A DNA stretch of 64,000 nt, from the NCBI GenBank assembly GCA_965235115.1, contig OZ249436.1, forward strand, positions 14,508,001 to 14,572,000, in the 5' to 3' direction. The notes below the pieces were generated by a model that ran no database searches, had not been told where the DNA came from, and saw only the letters and a program-made list of their open reading frames with translations. Both the position numbers and the translations under genes were made by a program. The stretch is from Laetmonice hystrix. Taxonomy: Eukaryota. This document shows, piece after piece, positions 27,473 to 40,209 of the stretch (within the stretch, counting starts at the first letter, position 1; each line of letters begins with the position of its first letter).

Positions 27473-30400
27473 ATATAGGCCTACACATATTCCTGGAAAG
27501 AGGGATCCGAGTGGGGATTTGGATTGGAGTTTTACACCACTGAGACACCACGGCCTTGACTCTGACTTGCGTCAGTAGTGCATGGAAAGTGGTGTTTGTG
27601 GCAACATTTCACGTACAAACGTAATGGCCCCTCGGATATCAGCCGCACAGTTTAGGACGACAGTGCGTCAGAACAAGAACCAGTTTCAGTATCTACGGTA
27701 TGTTATCAATTGATTCGGCTAGCAGACTTGTAGGAACACTACTCACTGTTATTTTGAGTAGTGAGTATAAGATCGGATTTTCTATCACTAGTGACAATAT
27801 ACGGTATGCAAGAGGAAAGTATTATCTGACCAAAATGGATGACTTTAACTTGATCTTGATACCTGGCCATTGACCCATCTTTTTAGCGTCTGTTAAAGTT
27901 TCTTGTAGTGGTTGTTTTTAAAAGCCTTCGTTGATCTTATTAGGGAGTTCAACTCGTCAGATGGTAAAGTCCACAGCTTGGCAGTTTGAATCTTAGTTTT
28001 ATTGGGTACTCAGGTCGTACACAAAGCACCCAGCTCACACACCAGCACTACACTCTGCACGTCTTACTCGTAGCGCATCTTGCCTCTCTCTCCCCCTCTC
28101 CGCGTCTTCCTTGTACAATTTACAATAATGTATAATTTACAACCTTAAGCGTTCATAGTTCGGGCCCTAACAAACGATATTATTACATTGCATGCCCAAG
28201 TGACCCGTTATGTATTCAAAGCCCCGAATCAAGCCTAACTATAAATATTCCACCAAGATGTTCCATGAAGAATCGGTGAATACTTATCATGTTTTATTGG
28301 ACCGTAGATCAATTAACTGCATTGTTTCACTGCTATGTACCCGTTGCCATTGCGTGTAATACAGGCGATGTCTTGCCAAACAATGGTGTTGGAGTATCAC
28401 TATAATAAATGGGCCAAACGGTGAAGGTCTGGGAACTGGAATGCCGTCAACCTTGTTCCATACGTTGCTATGGCAATACCCCCCATGGCTCATTACACCT
28501 GTGAAAAACTGCTAAATAAATCTCTTGTGCCATTCCAAGTCATTGGTCACCTGTCCAGTTCATTACAGGGCCCCGCGGCGGGGAACTGAGCTATACCTTG
28601 CCTTACAATCGCTTGGCTTTATTCATTAATTGGGAATCGGCCCAGACACCATGCCAGTCACAGAGCTGATTGAGCAGAAATCGAATTTGTTTATCTCTGT
28701 GACATATGATTAGATGCACCAATTATCTAACCATTCACCAGCCGTGGTCTGGGCAATTCGTGACCAAAAAAGGATCAAGTTATAGACGATATTGTGCAGA
28801 CAGTGAGTGTTTTAAAGGTAATCTTAGGAGAATGGGTTAAAGGTTGCAATCACGGGCGGAATAGACGGGATTTACGCTTACCTCCTCATCACGGACGTAC
28901 TTGTATTGGTTCTGTTAACACAATGGCATGCTATAAGTAGAAGCGATATTCGCACAGGTGGTGAAGGAATCACAAAAACTAGAGCAGGAGAGGCTTAAAA
29001 CACCATGAGCGCCGTATATCACGAAGCGTGGGAATATAATTATAGGCGTGGGAACGCGTCAGTAGAGACAGAGAAAACTACAATTCTCGTGACCTCTGAA
29101 GATTTACAAGGTCCAGAATAGACGATTTGGCAATTTTAACGATTTTTTTTTTAACACAATAGCCACCAAACTTACCTGGAGAGGCAGGGAGCCAATCTAT
29201 GTTATCTGAGGACTGCCAACCAGACATATTATTTTGGTAAAAGGCCACATATTAATTGAAATTCATGAGATGATTGGTTTAGGCCTAATATGTAAAATTA
29301 TCAGCATGGCTTAGGCGTAAATTATATATGTGCTATCCAGTGATGCTTGTCTTGCACTCATACAGTCCTGCATGATTGCGCATCGTGGGTTCACTCCAAA
29401 ATATTACCGTATGAAATCAGATAATGATCGATTTAATTTATGATGTCATTCAGTCATGAAGTAATTTAGGTTACTGATAAAGCATACCCTGATTTTTTTT
29501 GGAATCGGTAGTTAAATTGATGAATGTGATCCACTGAAACATTTTAAGCCCCAAGCCTTCCACATCGTGTATGGGTATCTACGTTGGCCGTTTGATGTTC
29601 CCAAGTGATGTCGTTTATCACACCAGTCCCATCCTGTCCCAGTGGACCAGGCGTCCGGCGTGCCAGCAGCGCCACCAATGTCAACAAACCAATGACGCTC
29701 ACTGAAGAATTTCTTCTCCCCAGCGGAGAACTTCCTTTAAACTTTCCTTGTTTATTTGCCATTTGGCGCGCGTACAGTGAATATTCTCAGCCTATATAAT
29801 TCATCGAGTTACGTGTTTGATACTGAAAACGTTGTGAATACTAATCGCCCAGTCTCCGACCGCTCACGGCGGCCATGTTTCACTGAGAACGGTTAGCTGC
29901 AGTGACCACCGAGAGCCCCAGCTTGTGCGTCATACCTTGTATGGGATCCTGTTGTGCTCGGTCTAGCCATCGGCGTTTCGGGATAGATTGGTAGTTGCAC
30001 ATCAAGCCAATCTGCAGGTTTTTTTCTTTTTTAAAATAAGTCCCTGCCATGTAAGTTCCTGCGATTGGGGCTGATGGAGTTGCCACATGAGGGACGTTAC
30101 GACTCATAAAACACGTCGTTAGGGTAGGCTTTGCGGATTGACTGGTTGCTTAGTTGAGGCAGGGAATGGAGGGTGGGAGTGATCTGTGCTGGACCCGCTC
30201 TTGACGTCAGGGTGAAGTAAGGTAATTAGGTCAGATACTATGGCAAATTTAACCAAAATACATTAAAACAACAATCCGTTACGATTCAGTGAAAGTATGT
30301 TTCTGAAAATGTAATATCATTTAAAGACTTTGGTTATTTACTCCCTTATCATGGTTTAGTTTATCCAACTATCCAACTACAAAAGGAAATCCTGGAGGAT

Positions 30401-32956
30401 TGCAATCACCAGTTCATGTCTTTAAACGCGCTCTATTTTAGGATCATTCCTCGGATGGCATCTCCAAATTTAGAACATCAGGCCTATGTCTAACTGTATG
30501 TTAATCGTTTCTTAAATTGATTTATCTTCATTTTCAACATTAATTACCCCATGTCTATATGCTAATAAGAATTCATTCTGTATGGTTAGACTTTGTAGAG
30601 GTTAGGATTAGCATTGTTTGAGGACAGTGGAGGGCGTTGTATTGTTGCATGGTGTAACCATAGCAACAACATTTGAAGGCGAGGGTGGGTAAGCGATGAA
30701 GGAAGAGCAGAGATAGCTGCGTGGATTGCGGTGGTCAGGAGCTGCCCCTGCTGTACTGATGCTGGACAGCACGAACACCTCCTTATTAGGACATTGGACC
30801 AGCGCAGCAAACTGAACAAAGGGTTCCTAGAACTGCGGTTTGGGCTGCTGTACTCGTATTCCTCAAATGTGGGTTGTGAATTGCTGGTTATTCTACACTT
30901 CTCAGTATTGTAACTAACACGATGTCCTCCTATCTGTATGAATATTCAATGTATATTTATTGACGGTGGTGAAGGGAGCGATATCTGCCACATCCGGCCT
31001 GGTCCTTCGTCTTCAGCTATACCTTATATGTGCATTACCTAGTAAGGCAACAACTAGAGTGCTCTTCTCACAGGCAGGATCACTTTGAGAATTGGCAGCG
31101 GTTAACCCAGCCTTCAACGCCAATCATTGATATTTTGCAATACCCCAGTACCGACACATATTGTGACTGATGTTATCTACCTCAGACTGCTTAAATTACA
31201 ATGTCGTAACAATATCCAAAAATATCACATATTGGTAGACGTGAATTGACATGTATGGTTCAGGATCGAGCGGTGATTTATAGGCGACCTCCCAGGGACT
31301 TCATGGCATGTGAAGGATACATAGGCCTTCACGGGTATTATGTTACAATGATAGAGGTGTAAATCTCTTCAGGGCGTTCTTGTTTCCTTGCTCACGGATA
31401 ATAGTCTCCAATGTAAGATCGTGGCATGTGGTCACCAGTGACCAATCTCTCACATACAGGCACGTACGATACACAGAAATTGACCGTTACTTTGATAATC
31501 CCAGTTAGATCTGATTGCTAATTCCATTCCGAATTTCTCTATTGCATGACGCTGTCATAGAGACATATTTCATGCAGCACCTACTGGTGTTGCGTTCTCT
31601 GTAATCACTTGCTCAAACAGTCATCCTGGGGAAGGAGAGCAGGGTATTGAATTCTTTGTGTCGTTCCGTGTGGGGTGGGTGTGTGATTGGTTGAATCAAG
31701 GCACAGTTGACGAGATGAAGACCCGTCCCGTTTAAATGACTCGCTTCGCAGTTTATTGGATCTTTCTTATTGAGGTGCTGCAGATTCATCGGATAGTCAT
31801 TGTTGTTACTCCCGCGGAATTCATTGTCAACAACATAATTACTTCCGTGGCCAGACTATGTGGTGCTCTGACGCAGGGGATATATTAGTATTATTACCAG
31901 TAGGCTATTTCGACCACAAAGTGGTGTAGAATACGACAGAGTTATCAAAACACGGATTTTTCCTTTTAATGTTTGTGATATTTTGGAAACGAAAATTGAA
32001 AGTGAACCCCGGACCCTTTCACTGAGTGACACAAAGTGACTTTATTAGTCTAGGCCTAAATTGAAAATTGTCCTGTATGATTCGAGAGGGCGAATTGCTC
32101 TCTTGACACGTGGCAGAACTGTAAAATGCACTCCGTTTTACTCAGATGCCTGTAACCACACAGCCATGCTGGTTATTTCGCTGAAGAAAAGGCGAGGACT
32201 GTGTACAACATCGAGATGACACCAAAGACTGCATTGGTTTGTCAAGAGGTTGAGAGTGGCAGTCGTTTCAGCGGCGCCAGCCACCTCAGTCTGTGAACGC
32301 GTTCTGTGCTAACGGAGTGGTCGAGCAGCAGTACCGCACTATCTGGACCAAACCCCTCAACAGATCGATAGTGTGAATTGAGGAGCACGGAACGGGCCGG
32401 AAATGGCACACCTCTCACAAGGACATCTGTCTCTGCCGTCCGTGTTTGCTTCTTGCTTGCTGGACTTGAATAACTACCCCGAGGACACGCCGGCCTGTCC
32501 GCGAGCCCCGGCCAAGTGGCCACAAATCCCAGCCTAGCCCCCCCCCCCCCCCACCCCCACCCCCACAGTCTCGGTTTTCCGTTCATCAGTCAGGACCGGC
32601 GTGTCCCCGGAGATGTCGGAGGGGCCCGGTTGGCGCCAGGACCCGTGTTTGGGGATCATCGGGGGGCAGGAAATGTATGCCAGCAGCCAGACAACCGTGT
32701 TGGTGGTCAGACCACGGTGAAATGGGGGCAGGCCGCCGACAGTGACATATGTGGTTGCGTTGTAAACAGGTTTATGACCTGTCGCCTGATGTCTGAGGCT
32801 GGAGTCTGAGGTGACTATAGTATAGGGTTTATGAGAATCTTTGCATGCTCGCCAGAGAAGATGGTGCCTGCTAGAACGCTGGTAACCATTCAATGTAACA
32901 GGGGTCATATTCGTGTTCTGGGGTCACCAACATGTTGTAAAGTATCAATTTCACTT

Positions 32957-33196
32957 CACGGGCGGATCCAGAATTTTGCTAAGGGGGTTCGAAATGTGCC
33001 CTCCCCCGGCAAGTTATGAAATTTAACTTTTGTTCTAGGGTCCTTAGCTGGCCCCAGGCAAGCTCTAAACTCGTTAATTTGGTTCCGTTTCCTTTTTCAT
33101 TTCTCTTTTTTACTTTCTTTTTCTTCTTCTTTCTTTAATTTGTTTAGGGAGAGGGGGTTCGTACGAACCCTTCAAACCTCAGTGGATCCGCGCCTG
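32957..33196. mobile_element. MITE with ..GCGGATCCA TIRs, imperfect 5-bp TSD
   Basis: CACGGGCGGATCCA / TGGATCCGCGCCTG. Flanks CACTT / TACTT. Confidence 0.75.
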
Positions 33197-35457
33197 TACT
33201 TGATTTAGAGCCTTGCATTTTAATCACAAGAAGTACCGGCAAATTCATCATTACGGTGTGAGTTATGTCTTTGAGTCAGGGGTTGGTGTTTAAGTTGAAG
33301 CAGTGCTCGGTGATATCCAGCAAAGGCCGATTGAACTCACTGAGGCCCCATGCATTTGATAAGCGGACTTTTGATCTGAGCATGAGATTTTCCAGAGATG
33401 AAGGTCTGAACTCTCACACAAGCTGTGATATCAGTTGTTTGTGTATGGTCTCTGGTCTACTTCACCTTTGGTCAGCTCCATTATGGTGGGTTTGAGGGGA
33501 CCTTGTTATCAGTCAGGATCGAGTGTACAGAATGCAATCTCCAAACCGAAATGTATTTCCTGATGAAAGGTCAAACAGACGAGTGGCAGGCCATACAGGC
33601 TGCATGGATTCTTTAGATTTTTAATAGATTTCTGTGTAACTCCGTACTTCTTTTAATTGGTGTTCCATTTACTTTATCGAATCACATCACGCTATTTTGA
33701 TATATGCAAATATACAGACAAATCTGAAACAGGTTTAAGCCAATGTAATTAATTTTCCTGTGATCTTCCGAATTCGAGCAATGTGAAAGGTTATATCTGT
33801 GACTGAGGTAGGTTTATAATAGCCTCCAAAAATATTGTAAACCTTAACGGAATGTATTAGGTCACGTGGTCCCTGAAACTGTGGCTATTGCTGCGTATCT
33901 ATGGCGCTTAAATCAGGGATAACTAAAATATAATGATCTTGTCGGCAGGCTGCCGGTGCCGAAGACATCAATGGGCCCCTCGACAGATGTTATAATTGAC
34001 AGTCGATGATGGAGCCAAAAAAATATTGCTGCTGACTCAAGTGTTGGACTGTAGACACTGCAGGCTGCGTGTGGGTGTTAGAGTAAGAAAATATTGTCCG
34101 ATCCGTAGTGTATGCGGTGTGTGCGTCACTTCGAGAGCTAATTTATCCTGAGAACAAAACCTCCTGATGGTGGAAGTGCTTCTTTCGTTTCATTTACAAG
34201 GGTTGGCTGTCGACATTTGATGGAGCGTCATTTCTCCGTTTTCTAGGTGGACGTTTGCCGTCTTGTGTCCAACTCTGCATAAGGGTCAGCCATCGAATAA
34301 TAATAATAAATATCACAGATTTCAACCTTTTTTGTTCGTTATACTCGGTTTGTTTTGACATCTTTGAACTTATAATTTTAACAGACACCGAACATTAATG
34401 GCAAGACCTGGTGACTGACATGTATAATGTTGATTTATAGGAATAATTCTGCCTCTTTTAACGATTGAGATGGTGAGAACTGTGTATGTAGTTCTAAGTG
34501 TTGTGGTTGGCAGGAATAGGCCAGCTGATTAGTCTGGATGACGTAATAGAGTCGCGTAGAGAAGACGGGAGATGCTAAGACACTGTAACCTAACATGGCT
34601 TAGTGTACAGCCAGGCTAATGTTGCCATGTTTGTGGTAAGATGCTGTCGTGGAGGTTTACAGCCTAATGATGTCGTTGCTCAGCCTCATATTCCAACCTG
34701 TCGGGATCATCAATTTCATAGCGTGGTGTGGTGAGGCCAAATAAATCCTCTAGTACGGTACCGCACTAATTGACAGCATAATATTCTGGTGTTTTTTATG
34801 CTTTATTTTTGATAGCAACACGATTTTAAGATGGAAGGGTCATTCCCCACTTGAAATAAATTGGATGGTTTACTAAAAGGATAGAGTACAGCAAGTTTTG
34901 ATTAACTGTAGATTTCAATCTGTAGATTTCAACCTATAAATGCAGTGATTTATCATTTAGAGGCAGTGTTAGGGACAATGATGTGTTTGCCCTACATTAT
35001 GTGGAATGCCATGTCCACAGTATTGGCGTCTTCTTCACGTATGGTGTATAGGCCGGTGGCCCATGGTAAATGGAGATGTCTTAGATGATTATTCATCTCA
35101 GCTTCTACCCGGCGGTGGTACGCAGCTCCGAGCGATCATAATCAGGTAGATCTATGCCCCAAGCCCTCTAAGGACGCCTCTGTTTACTAGAATTGTTTGA
35201 CCAGTCGTCATATAGTGACCAGTCGTTGTGCAGTATGAAGGCCTGGCCACATAAGATGCGTATCCGTCCCGTCACGTCTGCGATCCGATTCGAGAATGTT
35301 TTAATCACCATATTTAATGAACGGGGCTGGCCACAATAGATCCGATCGTCAATTCGGATGCGTCAAGTCCAGTGCGTTCAGAACATGTTTGACATGTCCG
35401 CCGCATGTGATTTTTGTGGGGTTGCCGTTGCCAAATCTTAGATTTTAGAACTACTAA

Positions 35458-35577
35458 AGGCCCGGCCACACAGGATGGATAGGGCCTATCTGTCACGTCT
35501 CCGTGACGACGCAAATTTTCCGCATGCGTCAAAGACGTATGCCTGGTCAGACACGTATATCCTGTGTGGTCAGGCCT
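35458..35577. mobile_element. Short MITE with AGGCC(C/T)G(G/A)CCACACAGGAT TIRs (Kolobok- or Harbinger-like)
   Basis: TIRs of about 19 bp. Flanks CTAA / TTAA. Two further degenerate copies of the left end lie at about 35238 and 35322. Confidence 0.7.
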
Positions 35578-35941
35578 TTAAAGTGTGGCCACGAAGCACC
35601 ATCGTCATGGGGCACCGGGACCGAATTACCGGGACGGTACATTTCTCAGTCACGTCTTGAGGACTTGTTTCCAATCAAACTCCAGCACAAGTAACCTGAC
35701 ATTTATGTACCACTGCGCTTCGTCCTTTAAATTCAGCTTAACCTCCCGTCATTCTCAGCCTGGAATGAAGGAAATTGTGGAGCAGTTGCCAGTCTGTTAT
35801 CAGAATGGACTTCCTGCCTCGTCTGTTGCGAGCCAGGCAAGCAATAGCTCTAACCTTTGAAAGCTCTCACTAAGGGTTCCTGTCACTTGGGATTCTTGTT
35901 ACCAATTCACTGTACTTTTACTGAAGCAGACGTTGCAGATG

Positions 35942-35993
35942 ATATGCCTACTTTATGTATCACCTGCATATGCCTACTTTATGTATCACCTGC
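35942..35993. repeat. Exact 26-bp tandem duplication
   Basis: ATATGCCTACTTTATGTATCACCTGC twice. Confidence 0.9.
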
Positions 35994-38900
35994 AGAGTCT
36001 TCAGTGGAGATGTATCATCTGCAGCTGACGTTAATTACTACGATACGGAAACCCGAACCCTTGTCACCTCTGTATAGAGTTACCAACAGGCATTACCATA
36101 TCGTATAGTATTTCATAGGGGCGGAACGATACAATCATTTTCATTTTCAATCATGAACTCAAAGGTGTGATGCAGAACCCAGATATGTAAATTCCAAACT
36201 GAGGTGAAATGTATTGATTTGATCAATAGTCAGTAATAGGAATTGATCAATTTCTTCAAAATCTAATTAACGGGGAACGGTTGCTTCTGCAGTTGTATGA
36301 TCGATGAAAAACACTGCTTTTTTTTTACCTGTTTTTTGCAGTCCCAGGTGCATCAGTAAAAATTGTGATTTGAATTTGCTTGCAGGAAATCACATCCTTG
36401 TGTTCTTGGCAGTGGGTCTGCACAACTGGGATGAAACATAGACTTTATACAGAAGAAATGGTGTAAGTATTAATTCACCGATTTGTCATACAACGGTCCA
36501 GTCGGTGATTAGATTACAGTCAAGTCTTCTCTCAGTCTTTCAGTTCGATCACACATAAAAAAAACTTTCCAAAACAATTCTCCTGACCTTATGAACAAGC
36601 TTAAACTTCATTGTGTCTTAAAGATAATGCATGGTTTCCTATTCTTCCCATCACCCATCACCCCCAATCATCAACAAGGCATGAAATGTTTTTAGGAACT
36701 TTGATATAGGTTCAAAAATAAGTGGAACTTGAGGTAAAGGGGCGAAAATAATAATAATAATCATCGAGACTTATTTTTAAAATATGTAGAGGCCAATTTC
36801 TCTTCATTTTGTGGTCTTTGTATTCGTTTTGATGATGACCATAATATCCACACATGTCATGACCCTCCAGGGAAAGTTTTAACAGAACGCTTGGAAGAAC
36901 CTCGTTCGTTCCTTATAGACCTTTTAATGTAGTAGAGTACTGCTGTAGAATTCTGTAGATGTTAATTGTTGTAGTTGATGGCAATTACCTTTCAGGAAAT
37001 GGACAGCTCCCAATGACAACAGCGATGAACATGGCCACTTATTGGGGCCGATTACACTAGGGTATAGCATTGCTTGACGTCCTATTTGCCTGAAAGATGC
37101 TATCAGTATGCGTAGTAAACACCTCCTTCACTGAACCACTGCCGTGCACAATACTAACTGACCTTCCTGCATAAGGAGAACAAAATCCCTGTACCAATAC
37201 ATTCAATTTTATGCATTTTAAGTAGTATAAGGAAGTATTTTATGTTTGATAAATAATTCACAATCGTGACATACCTCTCCTCCCCAATTACATTCACGCG
37301 TGTTAAATTATCAGAGGTATTCCATGTACACAGAGTAGTAAAATCACCAGAATCTTGCCAACTTGTGCATGTACCGTTATGTTAAGTGTGTTGTATCGTG
37401 GTCACTGGGGTGGCACTGCCAGCAGTGAACTGCATGAAGGGACAGCACGTACTCCATGAAATATTCACACGATAACGGAAGCTTGGGCGAGGTGGGCGGT
37501 ACAGAGCGGCAGTATTGTAGTAATGTAGGGTAGGATTAGCTCACAGCTGGCTCTGATCGCCAAGTACGTCAAGCTCACATGTCGCCGACAGCTTTAGGCT
37601 AGGGCACTCTCACGTACAACTAAAGTGTTAGATTTCTAGTTCTATGGTCTGGCATACGTACGGGCATAGACGTGGTACGGGGCACTGTTGCAAAACCTTT
37701 TTGATCTGGAAATTTGTGTACTGAAGCAGCGCTACCTCCGTATGTCAAGGTATCTTCCCTGTGACTTTGTAACATTCTTGTAGGAACATTAGATGGAGTA
37801 AATTCTTTGGAAGGGGGCGGGGCTGCCACCAAATTCCTAATGTAAGGCGTATGTGGCCTACTTGAGACTGTCTAACTCACATCTAACTCTTTCATTTGCA
37901 AATTCCTGGATCGGTCCCTGAAATTGGCCAATATTTTAAAATTAGTTAAAAATTGATAATAAAAGGACCAATTCGGAGGGCAAATTGTGTCAATGAAATC
38001 TGTCTCTATATTATTGATGAATACATTAAAGAGGGCTTTTAGTACATGGTGAATGACCTGGTTGCGTCCCTGAGTGTTCCATTACACCGATTGGTTTCCA
38101 CCCAGCCCCCCCCCCCCGCCCACCTTCAACTGTTATAGCGACCGCCAAACTCGGCAAGACTTCGTTATCAGCGACAACACAAGTTCCCTCCCAAACGATT
38201 CAGGAAAGAGCGATTTTTTTCTCCACACCAGTAAGAAAGGTTGAGGTCAATAGCAGTTGCTTGAATGTTTTATGACATCATCTGATTCACCTGTCGAAAA
38301 TATCAGACCTGTGATTGCGATATTTGTCAGTCACTGCTATAAAAAATACTGATCGTCCGGCATGTCTACGGTTTTCACTGCCTCCCGAGGTGCTCAAAAT
38401 CCTGCCTCTCCAAAACAAAGTGGAAGAACAAGCAAGACTGCATAATTCAGTTTCTGTTTTGAGCGAGTTACATTGAAACAGGGCTTTTAATGACATGTAA
38501 GCATGGATAGAACCTACTTCTATCGACCCCTAAATCACTTACCATGGTATGTGTTCCATTAAACTCCACGAGTTGCTATTAACCTACCTTTATGGTGTCA
38601 GTCCAGACACTGATGTTGAGTTGACTTTGCATTGTTATGGACATCCTGGTAATTGCACCTAGACTGTCGTAAATTGGACCAGGGATTTAATGTGGTCGGG
38701 CAATTTCCCCCGAGAACAGCTGCCACCACTTGTTTTTTTTCTGGACCCTCTCGGGTGCCATTAAACTGACAGATTAGACGCGATCACAGGGCAGTTCCTT
38801 GGTCTCGTCACTGGATCCTAGATTATCTAGTGAGGAAAAGATATAGATGCAGCAAAAGTCACGCCCTTTTTGAAAGACGTGGATCTATCAAATAGGATAA

Positions 38901-39230
38901 TATCCTCGACTTCTCCTCGTGCAGGGATGTGAATTGGCCATCACCGAATGGCGATTAGTATACTGTTTATTGGCTTGACGTAGAACATTTTTTCGTGGAT
39001 AATTTCCGCATGCATCCATATTTTAGTTTGACGTTATCAGTCATGTTTCTACCTCGCTAATAAAAGAAGTCCATTTGCTTTTAGCTTAGCGTTTTTGGCG
39101 TCAGCTTTGAAGATAACAATACTTAGGGAGGTTAGACTCATAAAAAGATATAAGCAGGGCAAACGTTATAATGACTCTTTTTTTTTGTCCATATTTTTCG
39201 TTCTTTTTAACAGTAACTTAGGCAGCATGC

Positions 39231-39433
39231 TGTGATACGTGTGTGTGCGGACCTGGCTTGGTGTGATAGGACACGTCGTCTGTGATACGTGTGTGTGCGG
39301 ACCTGGCTTGGTGTGATAGGACACGTCGTCTGTGATACGTGTGTGTGCGGACCTGGCTTGGTGTGATAGGACACGTCGTCTGTGATACGTGTGTGTGCGG
39401 ACCTGGCTTGGTGTGATAGGACACGTCGTCTGT
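39231..39433. repeat. 50-bp minisatellite, 4 copies
   Basis: Unit TGTGATACGTGTGTGTGCGGACCTGGCTTGGTGTGATAGGACACGTCGTC, identical copies at period 50. Confidence 0.95.
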
Positions 39434-39921
39434 ACATAACCGTGGATTTATGCTTCAGTTAACAACTCCTTTTTTCATCCTACACACAAGCACAGACATA
39501 AATTGCCACTGAATGAATAGAAACTTACTGATAGCATCTTCAGGGCACAAGTTGGAGATTTATAAAAAGAATATGTGTCAGAACTTTGCCGAAGACTTGG
39601 CCACATCTGTGGCAGTCTCGTGTCTCACTATACTCAACACGTTGTGGTTCTCACGTCATGATCTGTGTGGTACTGTCGTCCATCCTGTGATGATAAAGGT
39701 CTCACAAACTGTGACGCAAGAGCTGGCGAGCTAACTCCTTTAGGGCCTATATGTACCATATAACTGCGGTGACTTTTTGAAGGCAGCCAACGTACATAAA
39801 AGAGGTATACTGGCCAAACAGTCCGGGGGCACTGATGAGAGAGTTCCACTGAAGTTTCAAAATTATTCCAGGAAGGGTTCACAATGACGTTCAAGTGATA
39901 TTGACAACGCTCTAGACTTAA

Positions 39922-40209
39922 AGGCCCACTGTATACTTTGAACGCCGTGCCGAAGAGAGTGGCGCCCCCTGGATATCTGTCCCAAGTCGGTTGACTGCAT
40001 GTTCTATAAATAACCTACTCTGCTCAAGGCCGCCTCGCACGATCCGGGCTCTTGGGTGCGTGTTCAGCACCGGGAGTGTCTGGTACCTCCGCACAGAACA
40101 TAGTTCCCCACATCATAGACCAGTCAACCGACTTGGGATGGATATCCAGGGGGCGCCACTCGCTTCAACACGGCGTTCAAAGTACAATGTACATGTATAC
40201 AGTGGGCCT
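39922..40209. mobile_element. Kolobok-like non-autonomous element (AG...CT termini, TTAA TSD, about 55-bp TIRs)
   Basis: TTAA|AGGCCCACTGTATACTTTGAACGCCGTG...GTGGCGCCCCCTGGATATC on the left and its inverted copy on the right, ending ...CAGTGGGCCT|TTAA. RR termini with a TTAA TSD are the established Kolobok signature. Confidence 0.85.

Noticed and set aside
28287-28499. Exon-like segment with NEPWG..ATYG resembling glycoside hydrolase family 1
   Set aside because: Requires a frameshift, contains stops, and no other GH1 exons lie nearby.
29172-29195. ACTTACCTGG resembling the U1 snRNA 5' end
   Set aside because: The following sequence does not match U1 stem-loops or an Sm site; it is simply an antisense donor-like motif.
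30586-30913. Coding-like sequence with CVDCG and GFLEL (ArfGAP/PH-like) words
   Set aside because: The motifs are in different frames with stops and there is no coherent exon; at most a decayed fragment.
32242-32908. GC-rich block with several 100+ aa ORFs
   Set aside because: No recognisable domain; ORFs cross a poly-C tract; length is explained by GC content.
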